Origin: an uncultured delta proteobacterium | GTDB taxonomy: Bacteria; Myxococcota; Myxococcia; Myxococcales; Myxococcaceae | Assembly: GCA_963713045.1 (NCBI GenBank) | Contig: CAVQKE010000007.1 | Span: 416,001-480,000 of the forward strand | Direction: 5' to 3' | Length of the DNA stretch: 64,000 bases | Part shown: piece after piece, positions 62,590-64,000 of the stretch | Position numbering within the stretch: position 1 is the first letter of the stretch | Layout of the letters: every line of letters begins with the position of its first letter | Notes under the pieces: model-generated | Database searches by the model: none | The model's input: only the letters and a program-made list of their open reading frames with translations | Told to the model about the DNA's origin: nothing | Translations under genes and position numbers: made by a program

Positions 62590-63149
62590 ACCTCCATGAC
62601 CTCCTTCTCCTTCTTCTGCACAATCTGGTCGACCTGCGCGATGCCGCCGTCCGTCTCCTTCTGAGTGCGGGTCTCGGTGCGCTTCGACTCGTCCTCCGAA
62701 ATTTTCTTGTCCTTGAGGAGGGCCTTCAGCCGTTCGTTCGCATCGCGCCGCTCATTGCGGACCGCCACCCGGTGGTCTTCGCCCTTGGTGCGGACTTGCT
62801 TGGCAATGTCCTTGCGCCGCTCCTCGGTGAGCGGGGGGATGGGGAGGCGGATGAGCTCGCCATCATTCATTGGAGTGAGGCCGAGGTTGGCTTCGCCCAG
62901 CGCCTTCTCAATCTCTTTAATCAGGCCCTTCTCCCACGGTTTGATGGTGATGAGACGCGGCTCCGGCACTGCGAGGCTGGCGACGCCCGTCAGCGGGGTA
63001 GGCGTCCCGTAGTAGTTCACTCGGACGCCTTCCAGGACGCTGAGCGAGGCGCGCCCGGTGCGGATTTTGGAGAGCTCCTTTTTGAGGTCCTCCATCGTCC
63101 GGTCGATGCGAGCCTTCAGGTCCTTCACCACATCGTCGGTCACGGCCAT
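62586..63149 (-). CDS. frr: Ribosome recycling factor
   Basis: IRTGRAS, YYG..TPL, P.NDG..IR..IP.LTEERRK and VRN.RRDA motifs. Confidence 0.98.
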   Translation of the reverse strand: MAVTDDVVKDLKARIDRTMEDLKKELSKIRTGRASLSVLEGVRVNYYGTPTPLTGVASLAVPEPRLITIKPWEKGLIKEIEKALGEANLGLTPMNDGELIRLPIPPLTEERRKDIAKQVRTKGEDHRVAVRNERRDANERLKALLKDKKISEDESKRTETRTQKETDGGIAQVDQIVQKKEKEVMEV

Positions 63150-63185
63150 CGCCCTTGCTCCTCGCTCGCCGCCCTGGAGGGCCTT

Positions 63186-63998
<813 letters not shown>

Positions 63999-64000
63999 CA

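Overview
GC-rich chromosomal segment from a myxobacterium (Myxococcota). The assignment is inferred from a MYXO-CTERM protein, a MXAN_5187-like protein, a DUF4388-like protein and Cys-rich lipoproteins. The left ~44 kb is mostly core genome: a Cys-rich Pal/OmpA lipoprotein, a sigma54 activator, xth, a PBP1A-led operon ending in an NtrY-like kinase, an aromatic amino acid decarboxylase, truD, ansA, rpsU-yqeY-dnaG-rpoD, ppk2, SRPBCC/ArsR, tRNA-Ile2(CAT), cyoE, tRNA-Ala(CGC), aceA and a 5'-nucleotidase. About 44.3-60.0 kb is a surface-glycan cluster: GT4, GT2, wzm/wzt, rmlBDAC, a methyltransferase-coiled coil-GT2-WbsX fusion, a GT2-methyltransferase and a GT-C-like membrane protein. Two of its genes are frameshifted. 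The window ends with sixA, cyaY, a degenerate REC-GGDEF gene, frr and pyrH. Main signals: (1) GATC is nearly absent from the host sequence but about 29 sites fall in an 8.6-kb block (48.07-56.63 kb), and one rare host site lies in the predicted rpoD -10 box. (2) A candidate envelope-sensing circuit links PBP1A, an FG-GAP protein, an orphan solute-binding protein, a histidine kinase, a sigma54 activator and a sigma54 promoter. (3) A capped-glycan ruler/terminator enzyme is broken at a C7 tract. No CRISPR array, rRNA, integrase or transposase was seen. All calls come from reading motifs by eye; no database searches were run.
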